Assembly: GCA_030390025.1 (NCBI GenBank)
Contig: CM059438.1
Span: 54,190,001 to 54,254,000, forward strand
Reading direction: 5' to 3'
Source of the DNA: Squalus acanthias
Lineage: Eukaryota
Length of the DNA stretch: 64,000 nt
Shown one piece after another: positions 61,620 through 64,000 of this stretch (the stretch's first letter is position 1; every line of letters starts with the position of its first letter). Under the pieces are notes generated by a model, which was not told the origin of the DNA, did not search any database, and worked only from the letters and a program-made list of their open reading frames with translations. The translations under genes and the position numbers were made by a program.

Positions 61620-62810
61620 CAGGCAGCCAGACTGTCAATCGGCCCGCCAATCAGCCAGACTGTCAATCGGCCCACCAATCAGGCTGACTGTCAATCGGCC
61701 CACCAATCAGGTTGACTGTCAATCGGCCCACCAATCAGGCTGACTGTCAATCGGCCCACCAATCAGCCAGACTGTCAATCGGCCCACCAATCAGGTTGAC
61801 TGTCAATCGGCCCACCAATCAGGCTGACTGTCAATCGGCCCACCAATCAGGCTGACTGTCAATCGGCCCACCAATCAGGCTGACTGTCAATCAGCCCACC
61901 AATCAGGCTGACTGTCAATCGGCCCACCAATCAGGCTGACTGTCAATCGGCCCACCAATCAGGCTGACTGTCAATCGGCCCACCAATCAGGCTGACTGTC
62001 AATCGGCCCACCAATCAGGCTGACTGTCAATCGGCCCACCAATCAGGCTGACTGTCAATCGGCCCACCAATCAGGCTGACTGTCAATCGGCCCACCAATC
62101 AGGCTGACTGTCAATCGGCCCACCAATCAGCCAGACTGTCAATCGGCCCACCAATCAGGCTGACTGTCAATCGGCCCACCAATCAGGCAGACTGTCAATC
62201 GGCCCGCCAATCAGGCTGACTGTCAATCAGCCCACCAATCAGGCAGACTGTCAATCGGCCCACCAATCAGGCTGACTGTCAATCGGCCCACCAATCAGGC
62301 AGACTGTCAATCGGCCCACCAATCAGCCAGACTGTCAATCGGCCCACCAATCAGGCTGACTGTCAATCGGCCCACCAATCAGGCTGACTGTCAATCGGCC
62401 CACCAATCAGGCAGACTGTCAATCGGCCCACCAATCAGGCAGACTGTCAATCGGCCCACCAATCAGGTTGACTGTCAATCGGCCCACCAATCAGGCAGAC
62501 TGTCAATCGGCCCACCAATCAGGCAGACTGTCAATCGGCCCACCAATCAGGCAGACTGTCAATCGGCCCACCAATCAGGCTGACTGTCAATCAGCCCACC
62601 AATCAGGTTGACTGTCAATCGGCCCACCAATCAGGCAGACTGTCAATCGGCCCACCAATCAGGCAGACTGTCAATCGGCCCACCAATCAGGCTGACTGTC
62701 AATCAGCCCACCAATCAGGTTGACTGTCAATCGGCCCACCAATCAGGCTGACTGTCAATCAGCCCACCAATCAGGTTGACTGTCAATCGGCCCGCCAATC
62801 AGGCTGACTG
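61620..62810. repeat. 28-bp minisatellite, about 42 copies
   Basis: Unit caatcaggctgactgtcaatcggcccac with a few recurring variants. Confidence 0.97.
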
Positions 62811-63654
62811 TTGGGCGGCAAACCTGGAGAAAAAATTTACTTCCGGGTTTCCCATCCATAACTCCTCCTCCCCGCTCCAAACACGTGGCCCGGTAAATAC
62901 TGGGGGCGAGCACTTCAGGGGCCCAGCCATGAAAATAAAACTGCTGGCCTCACACAGCAGTTATACTGGGTATTGGAAGGCCTGCGAAGGAGATTCAGCA
63001 CCATGGCCGAGAGTGGGGAGGAGTCCGCAGCCAGCCTCCGTGGTATCAGCACTCTGCAGTCTACCTGGGAGACTGTGCTCAAGACCAGGGATGCTGCAGC
63101 CAGGCACTCACAGCACCAGTCAGTGTCACCAGCCTTTGCAGCTTTGGTGGAAGCACAAATGGAGACTCTGGGCTTCAGCCTGTACTCGACCTCGGAGAGA
63201 CAGACACCCACTTCAGAGAGACAGGGTGGTCTGCACAGAATGGTTTTAAACCGTGTGTACTTAAACATAGCATTAAAGTTGGGAATTTGGAGAGAGTGAA
63301 AGTCTCTGGTTGTGTTTCTGCTGCTGCTGAGGAGAGAGGGTCTCTCTGAGAGAGGAAGAAGAAGTGTTTTCTACTACTGGTGCTATTACTACTGAGGTGC
63401 CTGGAGAGAGGAGAGGAGAAGTAAAAGAAACACCAGAACGGAGCAATTCTCCATTGCTCCCTATTTTGGGAGAGGGAGAGAGGGGAGGAAGAGACGACCA
63501 TCACAACAGAAAGAACATCATCTGTTTGGAAGGAGGGAGAGCCAAACCAACCTTGAACAACAACAGGCGGGTGTTTTGGTGCACTCTCCATAAAAGACTG
63601 TTACTTGCAGGTGGGGGGAGGAAAGAAGAAAAAGGTTGGAACATCGTGAGGGGG

Positions 63655-63655
<1 letters not shown>

Positions 63656-63688
<33 letters not shown>
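63656..63688. repeat. (TG)n microsatellite
   Basis: Direct reading. Confidence 0.95.
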
Positions 63689-63691
<3 letters not shown>

Positions 63692-64000
63692 GGGGGGTTT
63701 TGTAAAAACTACCACACACACCACTAATAAATACCTCTCCCCCATTGCCTGGCCCGGGACTACTGGAGCTGCCTGGATGAAGTCCCCTTTTCACATCGAT
63801 AAGACCTGGTGGAGGATTGTGCCTGGGCATTTCCAGCTGTCCCAGGTGAAGACATCTTCTACCCACATCAGAAAAACATCGTAATAGACTTTGCGCAATT
63901 CCATTGCAGAGTGCACCCCTGCAAGCACCCACCCACCATCGTGAGTGCCGACCCCGCCCCTGCGGCCTCTCTCCTCCTCCCCACCCCCGGCTCTCTCTCT

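Noticed and set aside
62880..64000. ORFs near the window end (62973-63299, 63501-63932)
   Set aside because: Possibly more Harbinger-derived debris, but no motif I can identify with confidence and no RUFY2 similarity

Overview
Vertebrate (very probably cartilaginous-fish/shark) genomic DNA, not prokaryotic. It holds two convergent, intron-containing genes. HNRNPH3 (+) has nine coding exons at 2070-9351, with qRRM2, qRRM3 and Gly/Tyr-rich tails; its 5' exons probably lie upstream of the window. RUFY2 (-) shows its last three coding exons at 38178-38226, 25097-25174 and 19812-19955 (coiled-coil end and FYVE domain). Almost everything else is transposable element debris: many CR1 and L2 LINE fragments (some nested), Penelope-like elements with hammerhead-ribozyme-like motifs, a Vingi/Ingi-type LINE with a 5' inversion, tRNA-derived SINEs, Harbinger and hAT DNA-transposon remnants, several minisatellites and a 200-N assembly gap. 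Most ORFs in the supplied track are TE fragments or repeat artefacts. I see no evidence for a wholly new multi-gene system. The best leads are retroelement structures (twin-priming inversion, SINE-headed LINE, ribozyme motifs), HNRNPH3 splicing regulation and motif-rich minisatellites. Family assignments come from recalled protein and DNA motifs, not database searches, and TE boundaries are approximate.
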